A DNA stretch of 63,400 nucleotides, the filler included, from Anaerolineae bacterium (GTDB lineage: Bacteria > Chloroflexota > Anaerolineae > Epilineales > Epilineaceae): NCBI GenBank assembly GCA_029262755.1. It is 9 parts of 9 records of this genome, joined end to end, with 100 filler letters (N's around TTAATTAATTAA, not from the genome) between each part and the next. Parts side by side here need not be neighbours in the genome. Positions count along the whole stretch, not along the records: positions 1 to 3,770 come from JAJCYU010000207.1; positions 3,871 to 9,138 come from JAJCYU010000208.1; positions 9,239 to 33,993 come from JAJCYU010000210.1; 6 more parts are not named here. One strand, written 5' to 3'. Position numbers and translations under genes: made by a program. The first letter of the stretch is position 1. The number at the start of each line of letters is the position of its first letter. Under the pieces are notes generated by a model that saw only the letters and a list, made by a program, of their open reading frames with translations, was not told the origin of the DNA and did not search any database. Of the stretch, positions 1 to 10,339 are shown one piece after another.

Positions 1-2928
1 TCAGGCAATTCCCCGTACATCGTGGGTTCGCCTTCCACCGCGGAGCAGGCACTCACGGTTTCCAACACGCACGCGCGCAACACCTTGGGCGGCACGGTCA
101 ACGCTAGCTGGGAGAATGCGGACGGCCCCGGCGAGCTCGTCGACGAGTTGGCCACGACGGACACCGGCTGGGCCGCGGACTTGGAAGCGATGGGTCCGCT
201 GACCGGCGAGCTCGCATGGTACGGCATGGGCTGCAACGGACTGGACGGCGAGCCGGTCCAGGATGTCACAGAGAAGATTGCTCTTGTCGAGCGCGGCAAC
301 TGCAACTTCACGGAGAAGGTCATCAACGCGGAGACCAACGGCGCGGTGGCCGTACTGATGTTCTCCGACCCCGCACGCCCCAAGGGCGGCATGGGCGGCA
401 CGTGCGAAGATTGTCCGACCATCCCTGTCTTGATGGTCGACCGGTCTACGGGCTTGATGCTACGCGGCTTGGTCTCACCCGACGAGGGTGACCCGACCAC
501 CGTCACGGTGACGATGGAGAAAGGGCCGGTCGACTTCCTTACCGATACGATCGCCGGTTCGAGCAGTCGCGGACCCGCGCGATTCTCCGGCCTCATGAAG
601 CCCAACATTTCGGCCCCCGGCCAGGAGACCTCCTCGGTCAATTCCGGGACCGGTACGCAGGCGCACAACCTGTCCGGCACCTCCATGTCCGGGCCCGCCG
701 TTGCCGGCGTCGCCGCGTTGATGTGGCAGCGCAGCCGCGAGCAGTCGCTCAGCCTCGGCGCCGTCGAGATCAGCGCATTGCTGATGAATTACGCGCACGC
801 GGTCATTCACGAAGAGCGCAGTGACACGGGCCCGTTGCTTGGCGTGACGCGCCAGGGTTCCGGCTTGGCCGACGCATTCCGCAGTGGCACGGCGGGTACG
901 GTCGTTCAGTCCGACGTCGGCATCGCGGAGCTCAGCTTCGGTGACGTTCACGTCACCGACGACGTGCTCGAGGTGTCGCGCGTGCTCACGATGACCAACT
1001 TCACCGACAACGATAAGACCTTCGCCTTGGACTACTCGTTCCTGTTCCCGGACGAGGACGAGGGCATGGGTGTCACGTTCAGCCATCCGGATTCGGTCGA
1101 GGTTGGCGGCTGGGAGCGCGTCCCTGTGACGATCACGCTTGAGGTCGATCCGGAGGGCGTGCGCGAGTGGGCCGATGCACGCAGTGCCACCGTGATTACC
1201 GCGATGGCAGAGCCGCGCCTGCGCGAGCAGGAGATCGACGGCTTTATCCAGTTCTGGGAGATCGACGACGAGGGCAATGAGATCGCGGAGGGCGACAAGC
1301 CGCATGTTCCCTTCCTCCTCACCCCGCGCCGGCATACCTGTGTCGATCAGACGATCGACGATGACTTCGTGCTGAGCTCGATGGACGACATCGTCGAGAA
1401 CGCGTGGGTCAACGGCTGTTCCACGGAAGCACGCGTGCTTCCGCATTACTTGGGCGGCGTGGACAAGCTGGAATCCGAGACCAACCCGGATCACCCGGCG
1501 GAACTCGACCTCGGTGCCGTCGGCATCGATTACGGTATCGCCAATGTCACCCAGCAGGACGGCACCGTCCGGCAAGAGCCGATCATCGTGTTCTACGGTG
1601 CGACGGCCGGACCGCGCCGCACGATCTTCGACGGGTTGTTCGACTTCTACATCGATACCGACGCGGACGGCACGCTGGACCGCACGGTCCGCCAATGGCC
1701 CCTCAGCAACCTCGATCAGACGGCGCCGGGTGGCGTGTTCGTCGCGATCACCGCGCCGCTCGCCCCGGGCACGTTGCTTCCGATCATCTCCACGCAAACG
1801 ATCGGCGGCGGTTACTACGTGCCGTTCAACATCGACGAGTCGGTGACCGCTCTCGCCGTTCCGCTTGCGGCGTTGTCGCCGGATTGGAATCTCGACTCCG
1901 GTGAGCTTGCCTTCGACTTCGCCGTTGCGCTGCGCGACGGCATGAACGACTACGAGGTCACCGACACCTTCCTTGGCGAAGATATGGCGCCGGACGGCAT
2001 GGTCGATGGCGCGCGGTTCCGCTTCAGTCAGGCCGCGAACAGCTGCTTGATGGTCGAGGGACGTGCGCAGGACGGCAGTGCGGTCAACCTGATCGGCCAG
2101 GTTGCCGGTCCGCTTGCGCCGCAGCAACAGGGCAACGCGCCGATCAAGCTTTCCTGCGTTCCGGAAGGCGCGCATGAGGTGGGCGTGTTCACGGAGTATC
2201 GGGACAACATCCCGGACACCCGTGCTTGGGACGTGCGAGCGGGTGTCATCGGCGTTTCGGAGCCGGCTCCGATCTTCTTGCCCTACCTCAACCTCAACTT
2301 CGATCAGCGACCGCCGGAGCCGGCTGCACTGCGATTGCTCCACGCCTCGCCGGACGCACCGGCGGTCGACGTGTGGGTGGACGGCATCATGGCGGCCGAG
2401 AACGTTGGCTACCAGGACATCACCGAATACATCGAGCTGCCCTCGGGCAGCCGGGAGATCATGATCGTGGCAGCCGGCACTACGGAGCCGGCAGTCCTAA
2501 CCGCGACCGTTGATCTCGCGCCGGAGACGCACACGACGGTTGCGGCCGTCGGACCGTTGGCGATGATCGAGGCCGTTGCCATCGGCGACAGCATGAGCTT
2601 GCCGGACGAGGATCAGTCCAACGTGCGCTTCGTGCACTTTGCTTCGGACGGACCTGCGGTCGATGTGGCCGTGGCCGGAGGCGAGGTCTTGTTCTCGAAC
2701 GTAGCGTTCAAGGACGGCACCGCCTACATGCCCGTGGATGCCGGCAGCTACGACCTCGAGGTCCGCGTGTCGGGCTCCGAAGAGGTCGCGCTGCTCATTC
2801 CGGCGGTCTCGCTGGAAAGCGATACGATCTACACCGTGTTCGCGACCGGACTTGTCGGCGGCGAGCCGGGCCTGGACGCCGTGATCGCGGTGGACGGCAT
2901 GGCGGCCGCGATGCCTTTGGCGCGGTAA
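1..2928 (+). CDS. Subtilisin-like S8 serine peptidase with PA domain and C-terminal DUF4397-like domains (5' truncated)
   Basis: PA domain IALVERGNCNFTEKV; SSRGP..KPNISAPG; catalytic Ser motif SGTSMSGP; C-terminal LRLLHASPDAPAVDV / VRFVHFASDGPAVDV repeats. Confidence 0.9.
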   Translation, partial: SGNSPYIVGSPSTAEQALTVSNTHARNTLGGTVNASWENADGPGELVDELATTDTGWAADLEAMGPLTGELAWYGMGCNGLDGEPVQDVTEKIALVERGNCNFTEKVINAETNGAVAVLMFSDPARPKGGMGGTCEDCPTIPVLMVDRSTGLMLRGLVSPDEGDPTTVTVTMEKGPVDFLTDTIAGSSSRGPARFSGLMKPNISAPGQETSSVNSGTGTQAHNLSGTSMSGPAVAGVAALMWQRSREQSLSLGAVEISALLMNYAHAVIHEERSDTGPLLGVTRQGSGLADAFRSGTAGTVVQSDVGIAELSFGDVHVTDDVLEVSRVLTMTNFTDNDKTFALDYSFLFPDEDEGMGVTFSHPDSVEVGGWERVPVTITLEVDPEGVREWADARSATVITAMAEPRLREQEIDGFIQFWEIDDEGNEIAEGDKPHVPFLLTPRRHTCVDQTIDDDFVLSSMDDIVENAWVNGCSTEARVLPHYLGGVDKLESETNPDHPAELDLGAVGIDYGIANVTQQDGTVRQEPIIVFYGATAGPRRTIFDGLFDFYIDTDADGTLDRTVRQWPLSNLDQTAPGGVFVAITAPLAPGTLLPIISTQTIGGGYYVPFNIDESVTALAVPLAALSPDWNLDSGELAFDFAVALRDGMNDYEVTDTFLGEDMAPDGMVDGARFRFSQAANSCLMVEGRAQDGSAVNLIGQVAGPLAPQQQGNAPIKLSCVPEGAHEVGVFTEYRDNIPDTRAWDVRAGVIGVSEPAPIFLPYLNLNFDQRPPEPAALRLLHASPDAPAVDVWVDGIMAAENVGYQDITEYIELPSGSREIMIVAAGTTEPAVLTATVDLAPETHTTVAAVGPLAMIEAVAIGDSMSLPDEDQSNVRFVHFASDGPAVDVAVAGGEVLFSNVAFKDGTAYMPVDAGSYDLEVRVSGSEEVALLIPAVSLESDTIYTVFATGLVGGEPGLDAVIAVDGMAAAMPLAR

Positions 2929-2974
2929 GTCTCGCGACGCGCTTGAAGAAGAGCGCGAGGAACGTTGCAATGGA

Positions 2975-3012
2975 ACCGGGGGGCCGCTTGCAAGCGGCCC
3001 CCCGGTCTCTTT
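2975..3012 (+). terminator. Rho-independent terminator-like hairpin
   Basis: Perfect 32-bp palindrome ACCGGGGGGCCGCTTG|CAAGCGGCCCCCCGGT followed by CTCTTT, ~45 nt after the S8 stop. Confidence 0.7.
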
Positions 3013-3247
3013 CCAGGAACCACCCGTATTGACGACGGTGCGGCCGCGCCGAGGCGCTATCCACAGTCGCGGATCGCCCCCGCGCTGCGGCGAGATCGCG
3101 GGAAGAGCCGACTGGCGCGGAAGCGTGGCCCCGTCGAATTTGTGCCACCTGCAGGCCCACCCTACCATCCCGCCTTCCCCAGCCTCGTTGGCCGCCCTTC
3201 GTATCGCAGGTGCCTACGAGCAGAGCCCGCAGGGCGGAGTTTTTCTC

Positions 3248-3770
3248 ATGGTCGACCCAACACAGCCCTCGGTCCCCGAAGACGTGTCGACAAGCGACAC
3301 GGCAGCCACACAGGCCGACCAACCCCAGGAATCGGATCTGGAGGCGGGCGGCACGCGCCAACTCCTCGCTGCGCGAAGGGCTCGCCTGGAGGCCTTGCGC
3401 GCCGCGGGCGTGGACCCCTTCCCCGTCCGCAGCCGGCGCAACCACTCCGCTGCGGACGCCGTGCGGGCCTTCGAGCGCATGGAAACCGAGAACGCAGATC
3501 ACGAAGAGGGGCCCGAAGACGTCGTCTTATGCGGACGCCTCGTCGGTGCGCTGCGTGACATGGGCGGATCGGTGTTCGTCCATTTGGCGGACGGCAGCGG
3601 TCGTGTCCAATTGCATCTACGCCGGGCGCGAATGGGACGCGAGGACCACGACTTTTTCAAGGCGACCGTCGACGCCGGGGACCTCGTGGAGGCCCGCGGT
3701 GCCATGTTTCGCACCCGCAAGGGCGAAGTCAGCCTCGCCGCCGACTCGGTGCGCGTGGTGGCAAAGAGCC
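3248..3770 (+). CDS. lysS: Lysine--tRNA ligase (class II), N-terminal part (3' truncated)
   Basis: RRARLEALRAAGVDPFP, GRL..LRDMGGSVFVHLADGSGRVQL, GDLVEARG.MFRTRKGEVSL: LysRS anticodon-binding OB fold. Confidence 0.9.
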
Positions 3771-3870
3771 NNNNNNNNNNNNNNNNNNNNNNNNNNNNNN
3801 NNNNNNNNNNNNNNTTAATTAATTAANNNNNNNNNNNNNNNNNNNNNNNNNNNNNNNNNNNNNNNNNNNN
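3771..3870. other. Artificial contig spacer
   Basis: N-run + TTAATTAATTAA + N-run. Identical spacers at 9139-9238, 33994-34093, 44844-44943, 47997-48096, 52910-53009, 55760-55859, 58952-59051. Confidence 0.98.
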
Positions 3871-3871
3871 G

Positions 3872-4624
3872 GGCTCGGCCATCATCTCGGCCTGGTTCTG
3901 GGAGCATGACGTCTTCGACGACCGGGGTGGCTTCTTGCGCAACCTGGTCGGCTTGGGCGCAGTGGCGGTGGAGCGCAAGGGCACGCGCCTGGGCGAGGAT
4001 GTCCCGGGTGATGAGGCAGCCGGCGCACGCGGTATCCCCTTCCGCCAGTTCGCGACCGAGGACGACGAGTTCGCCTTCTGCTTCATGGGCTATCCGCCGC
4101 TGTGCCCGGGCTTCCCGGATCTTCGCTTCGGCGAAGGCGACGAGGACAACTGCCGCCGCTACCCCGGTGGTGTGATCGAAGGTACCGTCGGTTCCGGTGC
4201 TTCGACACCTGGTGTCTTCTCGATCAGCGGCGTCCAAGGCGGCAACCGCCTGGGTCGCTTCCTCGACAACGGCCAGTGCCCGGACGGCAACGTGTGCCCG
4301 GGTACGTTCGCAGCACCCACCACTGTCAACTACGACGCCATCTTCTTCGACAACTGCGAAGGCGGCGACGCGTGTGTGACAATCTCCTTCAACTGGACGG
4401 GTGCAAACGCCGTTGCTGGTCAGGCGGCGTTCTACCTGAACAACTATGACCCCAACACGGATATCTGCCTGAATCACCTTGCGGATAACGGCTCGACGCC
4501 CGCGGCTCAGATGTTCGGCGCCGTCGTTCCGGCCGGGCAGACGCTGGTCGTCGTGGTCGCGGAGATCTTCGCTCCAGGTGTTGGCGGTACATACAACTTC
4601 ACGCTTACGGGCGACCTGCCGTAA
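3872..4624 (+). CDS. Extracellular hypothetical protein, C-terminal fragment (Cys-containing, beta-rich C-terminal domain)
   Basis: Open frame from the contig edge, coding-like codon usage, followed by terminator hairpins. Confidence 0.7.
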   Translation, partial: GSAIISAWFWEHDVFDDRGGFLRNLVGLGAVAVERKGTRLGEDVPGDEAAGARGIPFRQFATEDDEFAFCFMGYPPLCPGFPDLRFGEGDEDNCRRYPGGVIEGTVGSGASTPGVFSISGVQGGNRLGRFLDNGQCPDGNVCPGTFAAPTTVNYDAIFFDNCEGGDACVTISFNWTGANAVAGQAAFYLNNYDPNTDICLNHLADNGSTPAAQMFGAVVPAGQTLVVVVAEIFAPGVGGTYNFTLTGDLP

Positions 4625-4678
4625 GCAGTTAGCTGAAGCTTCGATCCAACCCGCGTAGCGGGTTGCGATCTACAAACC

Positions 4679-4721
4679 CGAACCGCCCCCTTGCCTTGCG
4701 CAAGGGGGCGGTTCGCTTGTT
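4679..4721 (+). terminator. Rho-independent terminator-like hairpin
   Basis: 16-bp stem CGAACCGCCCCCTTGC / GCAAGGGGGCGGTTCG followed by CTTGTT; smaller hairpin CAACCCGC/GCGGGTTG at 4647-4665. Confidence 0.7.
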
Positions 4722-5142
4722 GGGGCGTTTGCGGCCCGGTGGCGGTCTCCGCTGCGTCGCACGGTGCCATCCTGATCAGACCAACCTCGAGCATCGCTGC
4801 ATCCGCTCCAGGGTCGCAACGTGCTGGCCTCGCCGGGGTCTACACACCGAATACATTCACTTGGCGCATCGAAGGACTCCGCCGAGCGGTTGCTGCCCTT
4901 CCATTGCCAGTTCCATGGAACGCTCGCCGCGACGACCGTGTCGTAGCAGGGCAGAGTTGACGTGTTTGCATCGGGTAGCGCTACGCACAAATCCCCGCGA
5001 CGCGTGGTTCTTCAAGGGCCGTGATACCATGGGCGGCCTGTCTGCGTGCTAGCGACCGATCGCGAGTAGAACGGTGGCGGCGGCCGACGCGCACGGCAAC
5101 GGCCGACCTTTCGCAGGGCGGACCGCAACATGGAGGCGCAAC

Positions 5143-7296
5143 GTGAGTCCATCGAATCGCAACCAGGTGTCGATCGCCTCCCTGCCCTTCATGGCCGCCC
5201 GACCCATGCTCGTACTCGTCCTAGTTCTGGCTCCGGTCCTGTTGCTGGCGGGATGGTGGCGTTGGCACGGGACGAGCGAGTTGTCCTTAGGTGGCGCTTA
5301 TACCGCGGAGCTACATGCTTCCGCGCCGGCCCCCGACAGTCTCGGCCCGATCGGGCAGCTCGGCGGTTCGGCCGCGGCGGTCGCCGTCGGAAGCGACGGG
5401 CAGCGCGCATACCTCGGCGTAGGACGGCGCTTGGTCATCGTGGACGTGGCGGGCTCGACCACCCGCGAGCGCGGGCAGGGACCGGATTTATCCGATGCCA
5501 TCCGCGCGGTAGCGGTTCACGACGATGTGGCGTGGCTCGCCGCCGGCACGGCCGGCCTTGTCTCGGTCGACGTCAGCGAACCGAGCAAGCCTCGCCTGCT
5601 CGGGACGCTCGAGACCCGGTGGATCGCGCAAGACGTCGCGCTGAGCACGGATGGGCGGTTGGCCTACCTCGCCGATGGCGCGCGCGGCCTCCGCGTGATC
5701 GACACGACCGATCCGCGCCTTCCGGTCGAGCTCGGCCGCGCCGACGTAGCCGGCGAGGCTCACGGCGTCGCGGTACGCGAAGGTCTCGCCTTTGTGGCGT
5801 CCTGGGGCACGGGGCTGGATATCATCGATGTACGCGACGTCGCCGCTCCCAGGCGCATCGCGTCGGTGCCCCTTGCCGAGGCCTCCGATGTGGCCCTGCT
5901 CGACGGACACGTCTTGGTCGCGGACCGCGCGCGCGGATTGATCGTCGTGGATGCTACCGATCCGATGCGCCCCATGGTGATCGCGGAACACGCGGTTGCG
6001 GGCTCCGCCGAGCGAGTAGCCGTCGATTCGACATCTAAGCGGGCCTGGGTGGCGGCGCGGGACGGCGGCGTCCAACGCATCGACCTGGCTCATCCGGCCC
6101 AACCGCGCGCGGTGGGCTCGTTCTCCACATCGACCATCGCGTGGGATGTTGCGTTGTCTCCGGGCGGCCTGCACGCCTTCGTCGCGGACGTTGGCGCGTA
6201 TTCGCCGGCGCAGCCGGGCATCGGCGGCGAGACGTGGCGCTCTACCCATCTTTGGGGTGTTGAGGCGCAGGCGCCCGAGGCGCGTGGATTCTCCGGTTTG
6301 CGCGTATTGGAAGCGAACTCGGAGAGCGACATCGTCGAGCGGGCGTTGCACCTCAGCCCGGGATTCGTCGAGGGCGTGACGGCGGTCGGAGATTCGTTGT
6401 TGTTGGCCGACGGCTACGCCGGCCTCGTCCTGGCGGACGGGCGCGACGCGGCGCACCCGGTCGTCGGCGCGAGCCTGGCCACGCGCGGCGCTGCCCATGC
6501 GGTGATTGTCGCTGAAGACGGCACTTCCGCCTACGTCGCCGATGGTCCCGCTGGCGTCGTGAGCGTCGATCTGGATGCGCTGCGTGGCGCCCAGCATGCG
6601 CTTGAGCCGGAGGCCGCTGTTCGGTGGCGGATCGACACGCCGGGGGAGGCGTTGGGCATCGCCCTCTACGCCGGCCTGCTCTACGTCGCGGACGGCGAGG
6701 GTGGTCTGCGCGTGATCGATCCCGCATCGCGCCGGGAAGTGGCGTCGCTCTCTCTTGCCGGCTACGCCTGGGATGTCACGGTTCGCGGCGGCATGGCCTG
6801 GGTCAGCGCGCGTCAGGGCGGCCTGCACGCCGTGTCGCTCGAAGATCCGCGATCGCCGCGTCTTGCGCATACGCTGCTGGCCGGCGACGGCGTGATCTTC
6901 CAAGTGGTCTTCGACGATGCACGGGCTTGGGTGGCGGCCGGTCCTTCCGGACTCGTCGCGCTCGACGTAGCGAGCAGCGGTGCGCCGAACGAGCTGGGAC
7001 GTGTCGATCTCAACGGTCCCGTCGTGGGCCTCGCGCTGGGGCCGGGCGCGACGCAGGCCGTGGTCGCGGCCGGCACCGGCGGCGTGGCGCTCGTCGATAT
7101 CGCCGACCCAAGCGCCCCGCGCCGCGAGCGGGCGTGGGCCTTACCCGGCGTCGCGGAGCGCGTTTCCCTGCGCGACGGCGTAGTCTACGTCGCCACGGAG
7201 CGCGGCGGCTTGCAGATAGTCCGCGTGGCTCCCGAACGCAGGCCCGCGACGCGGCTGACGCTGCCGTGGCTGGCGCACAACAAGGACCTCCGATGA
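5143..7296 (+). CDS. Secreted/membrane-anchored LVIVD-repeat (beta-propeller) protein
   Basis: GGAGG then GTG start; N-terminal hydrophobic segment; repeated AYLADG..GLRVID..DP..P units; C-terminal RLTLPWL. Confidence 0.85.
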   Translation: MSPSNRNQVSIASLPFMAARPMLVLVLVLAPVLLLAGWWRWHGTSELSLGGAYTAELHASAPAPDSLGPIGQLGGSAAAVAVGSDGQRAYLGVGRRLVIVDVAGSTTRERGQGPDLSDAIRAVAVHDDVAWLAAGTAGLVSVDVSEPSKPRLLGTLETRWIAQDVALSTDGRLAYLADGARGLRVIDTTDPRLPVELGRADVAGEAHGVAVREGLAFVASWGTGLDIIDVRDVAAPRRIASVPLAEASDVALLDGHVLVADRARGLIVVDATDPMRPMVIAEHAVAGSAERVAVDSTSKRAWVAARDGGVQRIDLAHPAQPRAVGSFSTSTIAWDVALSPGGLHAFVADVGAYSPAQPGIGGETWRSTHLWGVEAQAPEARGFSGLRVLEANSESDIVERALHLSPGFVEGVTAVGDSLLLADGYAGLVLADGRDAAHPVVGASLATRGAAHAVIVAEDGTSAYVADGPAGVVSVDLDALRGAQHALEPEAAVRWRIDTPGEALGIALYAGLLYVADGEGGLRVIDPASRREVASLSLAGYAWDVTVRGGMAWVSARQGGLHAVSLEDPRSPRLAHTLLAGDGVIFQVVFDDARAWVAAGPSGLVALDVASSGAPNELGRVDLNGPVVGLALGPGATQAVVAAGTGGVALVDIADPSAPRRERAWALPGVAERVSLRDGVVYVATERGGLQIVRVAPERRPATRLTLPWLAHNKDLR

Positions 7297-8411
7297 ACCC
7301 CGCGGACCAACGCAGCCCCCTCCGCCTCGTGCCCGGCACGAGCCCAATCACCCGCATTCGCCGCTTTGCGACGCGTGCATCCTATCCCGCGCGCTTCGCG
7401 ATCATGAGCCTGCTCATCGCCCTCGCGGGAATCACCGTAGCCTGTACGTCGGACGACCGGCCCGAGGTCGTGGTGTACACCTCGGTGGATCAGAACTTCG
7501 CAGAGCCGGTCCTGCAGGACTTCGAGCGTGAGACCGGCATCCGCATGCGCGCCGTGTACGACGTCGAGGCCGCAAAGACCACGGGGCTTGTGAACCGACT
7601 GCGCGCCGAGGCCGATCGTCCGCGCGCCGACGTGTGGTGGAACGGAGAGTTTGCGCAGACCGTGGCGTTGGCCGAGGAAGGGCTCCTAGAAGCCTACGCC
7701 TCGCCCAATGCCGCGGATCTCCCGGCTGGATTTCGGGACGCGTCGGATCGGTGGGCGGCCTTCGGCGGCCGCGCACGAGTCTGGATCCTCAACCGCGACG
7801 TCATGCCGGGCAACTGGTCGCCTGGCCCGCTCGAGGATCTCTTCGACGGCCCGGTGCCCGCGGAGCAAACGGCCGTGGCGCTGCCCCTGTTCGGTACGAC
7901 AGCCACGCACGTAGCCGCGCTCTACGCCACCCGCGGACCCGATGCGACGCAAGACCTGTTCGCGGCTATGCGCGACGCCGGCGTCGCCTTCGTGGACGGC
8001 AACGGCGCGGTGCGCGACCTCGTGGTGGATGGACGGATGGCCTTCGGCCTGACCGACACCGACGACGCCTGTGGTGCGCTCGCCCGGGATCCCGACGGGC
8101 CGTTGGAGGTCCACCTGCTCGATGCCGATGGGGAAGGGACGCTCGTGGTGCCCAACACCGTTGCGATGGTGTCCGGCGCCCCCCATCCCGACCAAGCGCA
8201 CGCGTTCATCGACTGGCTCTTACGTCCCGAGACCACGGCGCGGCTCGTGCGCGACGGGTGGTTCCAGGTTGCGGTCCGAGATATGGCGGAAGCGCCGCCC
8301 TCGCCCTGTGTCGATCTTGCAAACCTGCGCGTGCTCGACGTGGATCTGGCCTCCGTGGCGGCCCGAATGCCGGAGGCCTTGGCCGATATGGGCCGGATGT
8401 TCCTGGAATGA
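7293..8411 (+). CDS. Fe(III)-type ABC transporter substrate-binding lipoprotein
   Basis: Lipobox ITVAC; VVVYTSVDQ; DVEAAKTTGLVNRL; GLTDTDDA; PNTVAMV; ATGA overlap with upstream gene. Confidence 0.85.
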   Translation: MNPADQRSPLRLVPGTSPITRIRRFATRASYPARFAIMSLLIALAGITVACTSDDRPEVVVYTSVDQNFAEPVLQDFERETGIRMRAVYDVEAAKTTGLVNRLRAEADRPRADVWWNGEFAQTVALAEEGLLEAYASPNAADLPAGFRDASDRWAAFGGRARVWILNRDVMPGNWSPGPLEDLFDGPVPAEQTAVALPLFGTTATHVAALYATRGPDATQDLFAAMRDAGVAFVDGNGAVRDLVVDGRMAFGLTDTDDACGALARDPDGPLEVHLLDADGEGTLVVPNTVAMVSGAPHPDQAHAFIDWLLRPETTARLVRDGWFQVAVRDMAEAPPSPCVDLANLRVLDVDLASVAARMPEALADMGRMFLE

Positions 8412-9138
8412 GCGTGCCGAGTACCACCGCGAGCGACACAGCAGGCGACGCTGAAGGCGACCCCGCAAGCGACCCCGCAAGCGACCCCGCGAGCGACTTC
8501 CCATTCGGTGCTCCTGTCATCGCCTCGCAACGCGATCCAGCGGCAACGCCCGCACCAGGTGCAAATGTTCCTGGTGCAAATGTTCCGGGCGTCCCTATTC
8601 CAGGCTCCGATGCTCCGAGGCCCGATGCAGGGGCACGCGGTCGCCGGGAGCGGGATCTACCGGTGCATACCGGGTTCGCGAACGATCTGCCCGCACGCGA
8701 TCAACCGACGCACCTCACCTCCTGGCCGATCCTGCTGCGAAGGGCGGCGCCTTTGGCGGCGGTCGCGCTGTGGGTGCTCGTCGTCCTTGGCCCGGCGCTC
8801 GCGCTGGCGGGCGAGGTCATCGCGTCCCTCGCGGCCCAGGCACCGGCCGACCGGCTCGCGTGGCTTGCGCGCGCGTGGCCGGGCGCCGCACGTGGCCCGC
8901 TCCTTGGGCGCAGCGTGCTCTTGGCGGGCAGCGCGGCCCTCGGCGCCACGGTCGCCGGATTCTTCGCGGCCACGGTCCTGTGGACGACGCGCTGGCGGCG
9001 CGCCCGTTGGCTCTTGCTAGCACTCGCACCGATCCCGCCCTACGTCCACGCGCTCGCCTGGGCGACGGCGTGGGCGCGCTGGAGCGAATGGACGGGCGGC
9101 ACCTGGGCGCCGGGCACCAACGCGCTCGCGCACGGTGC
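8408..9138 (+). CDS. Fe(III)-type ABC transporter permease, N-terminal part (3' truncated)
   Basis: ATGA overlap with the SBP gene; TM segments; LAPIPPYVHALAW motif. Confidence 0.7.
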
Positions 9139-9238
9139 NNNNNNNNNNNNNNNNNNNNNNNNNNNNNNNNNNNNNNNNNNNNTTAATTAATTAANNNNNN
9201 NNNNNNNNNNNNNNNNNNNNNNNNNNNNNNNNNNNNNN

Positions 9239-9651
9239 TGGCCGAGCTCGACCCCCACGTCGTACAACCATAACGCACCCCACCTACCGACAACGCGACC
9301 ATCCCCGTGCACCAGGAGTATGGTCGCGCCTTCGTAGGACACCGGACGTCCGGTTGCTTCAAAGCCCCATGCCGAGCCGGCGTGCGTGGCGGTGGCGCGG
9401 TAGCGGACCCATACGCGCCGGCCGTTCACCGCTTGCTCCACGACCTCGTAGCGCAGGTCGGGGAACGCGCCGCGGAAGTAGCGCATCTCGTGGATGACCT
9501 GATCGGCACCTGTGGCGGGAATGCTTACCCAGCTCGGATCGTAGTCCGGGTGCACGAGAGAGCGCGCTAGATCCTCGTCCCCTTCGCTCCACATCTGCTC
9601 GTACCACTGCCGCGCGACATCGTCGGTCGGGCTCAGATTTCTTCCGTTCAT
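9239..9651 (-). CDS. SnoaL-like / ester cyclase family protein (3' truncated)
   Basis: FRGAFPDLRYEV; ATATHAG..WGFEATGRPV motifs. Confidence 0.85.
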
Positions 9652-10193
9652 CCCTGCTCCTCCTCCGTTTGATGGCGCAGCGAGACGAGCTCCGCATCGG
9701 GTAACGCGGCCAGCACGTCGGCGCCGCGCATCACGATCGCGACGCCTCGCACGCCGGATCCCAACGACACGTACTCAGTGGAGGCCACCTCGGGTTCGAC
9801 GAGGACCCGCACGTCGTCGCGCAGCGTGAACGGCGAAACCGCGCCGATCGGCGCACCGGTCACGGCGAGCACCTCGTCGGGCGTCGCCATCGAGATGCGC
9901 GAGCGGCCGAGGTAGCTGCGTAAGGCGCGCCACGGCACGTTGCCTGGGCCCGCGGTGGCCACCATGACCCACTCGCGCACCCCGTCGCGACCCAGCCGAA
10001 ACAGGATGCAGCGCACGACCTGCTCCGGACGCTGACCGCGCTCGGCCGCCGCCTGCTCCAGCGACCGCACCGGACCGGCATGGCGAAACACCTGGTACTC
10101 GATCCCGCGCTCCGTCAGGGCCACGCTGGCCGGTGGTGCTTCCCGTTCCGTCTCACTGATGTGCAGCATGTCTTTCAATCCTGGAGTGCTCAA
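9648..10193 (-). CDS. YbaK/EbsC family aminoacyl-tRNA editing protein
   Basis: SLEQAAAERG..PEQVVRCILF; TGAPIGAVSPF; SLGSGVRG. Start may be the ATG at 10169. Confidence 0.85.
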   Translation of the reverse strand: MSTPGLKDMLHISETEREAPPASVALTERGIEYQVFRHAGPVRSLEQAAAERGQRPEQVVRCILFRLGRDGVREWVMVATAGPGNVPWRALRSYLGRSRISMATPDEVLAVTGAPIGAVSPFTLRDDVRVLVEPEVASTEYVSLGSGVRGVAIVMRGADVLAALPDAELVSLRHQTEEEQG

Positions 10194-10339
10194 TCGGCGA
10201 CCAAGCCGCAGACCGCGTTCACGAGATCGCCCGCGGACGTCCCGTTGGGCCCGCGGGCCACGTCTGTAGCGATGAGGCCCACCCTATACTGAGGGCTGCC
10301 CTGACGATACCGTGCCCCGGCACTGGATTGGAGTTCTTC

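Noticed and set aside
475..2343. Long antisense ORFs (also 5488-6903, 32254-34041, 35852-37207, 44888-46477)
   Set aside because: Antisense shadows of well-supported genes caused by GC3 bias
3771..3870. Repeated TTAATTAATTAA element
   Set aside because: Artificial six-frame-stop linker inside N spacers
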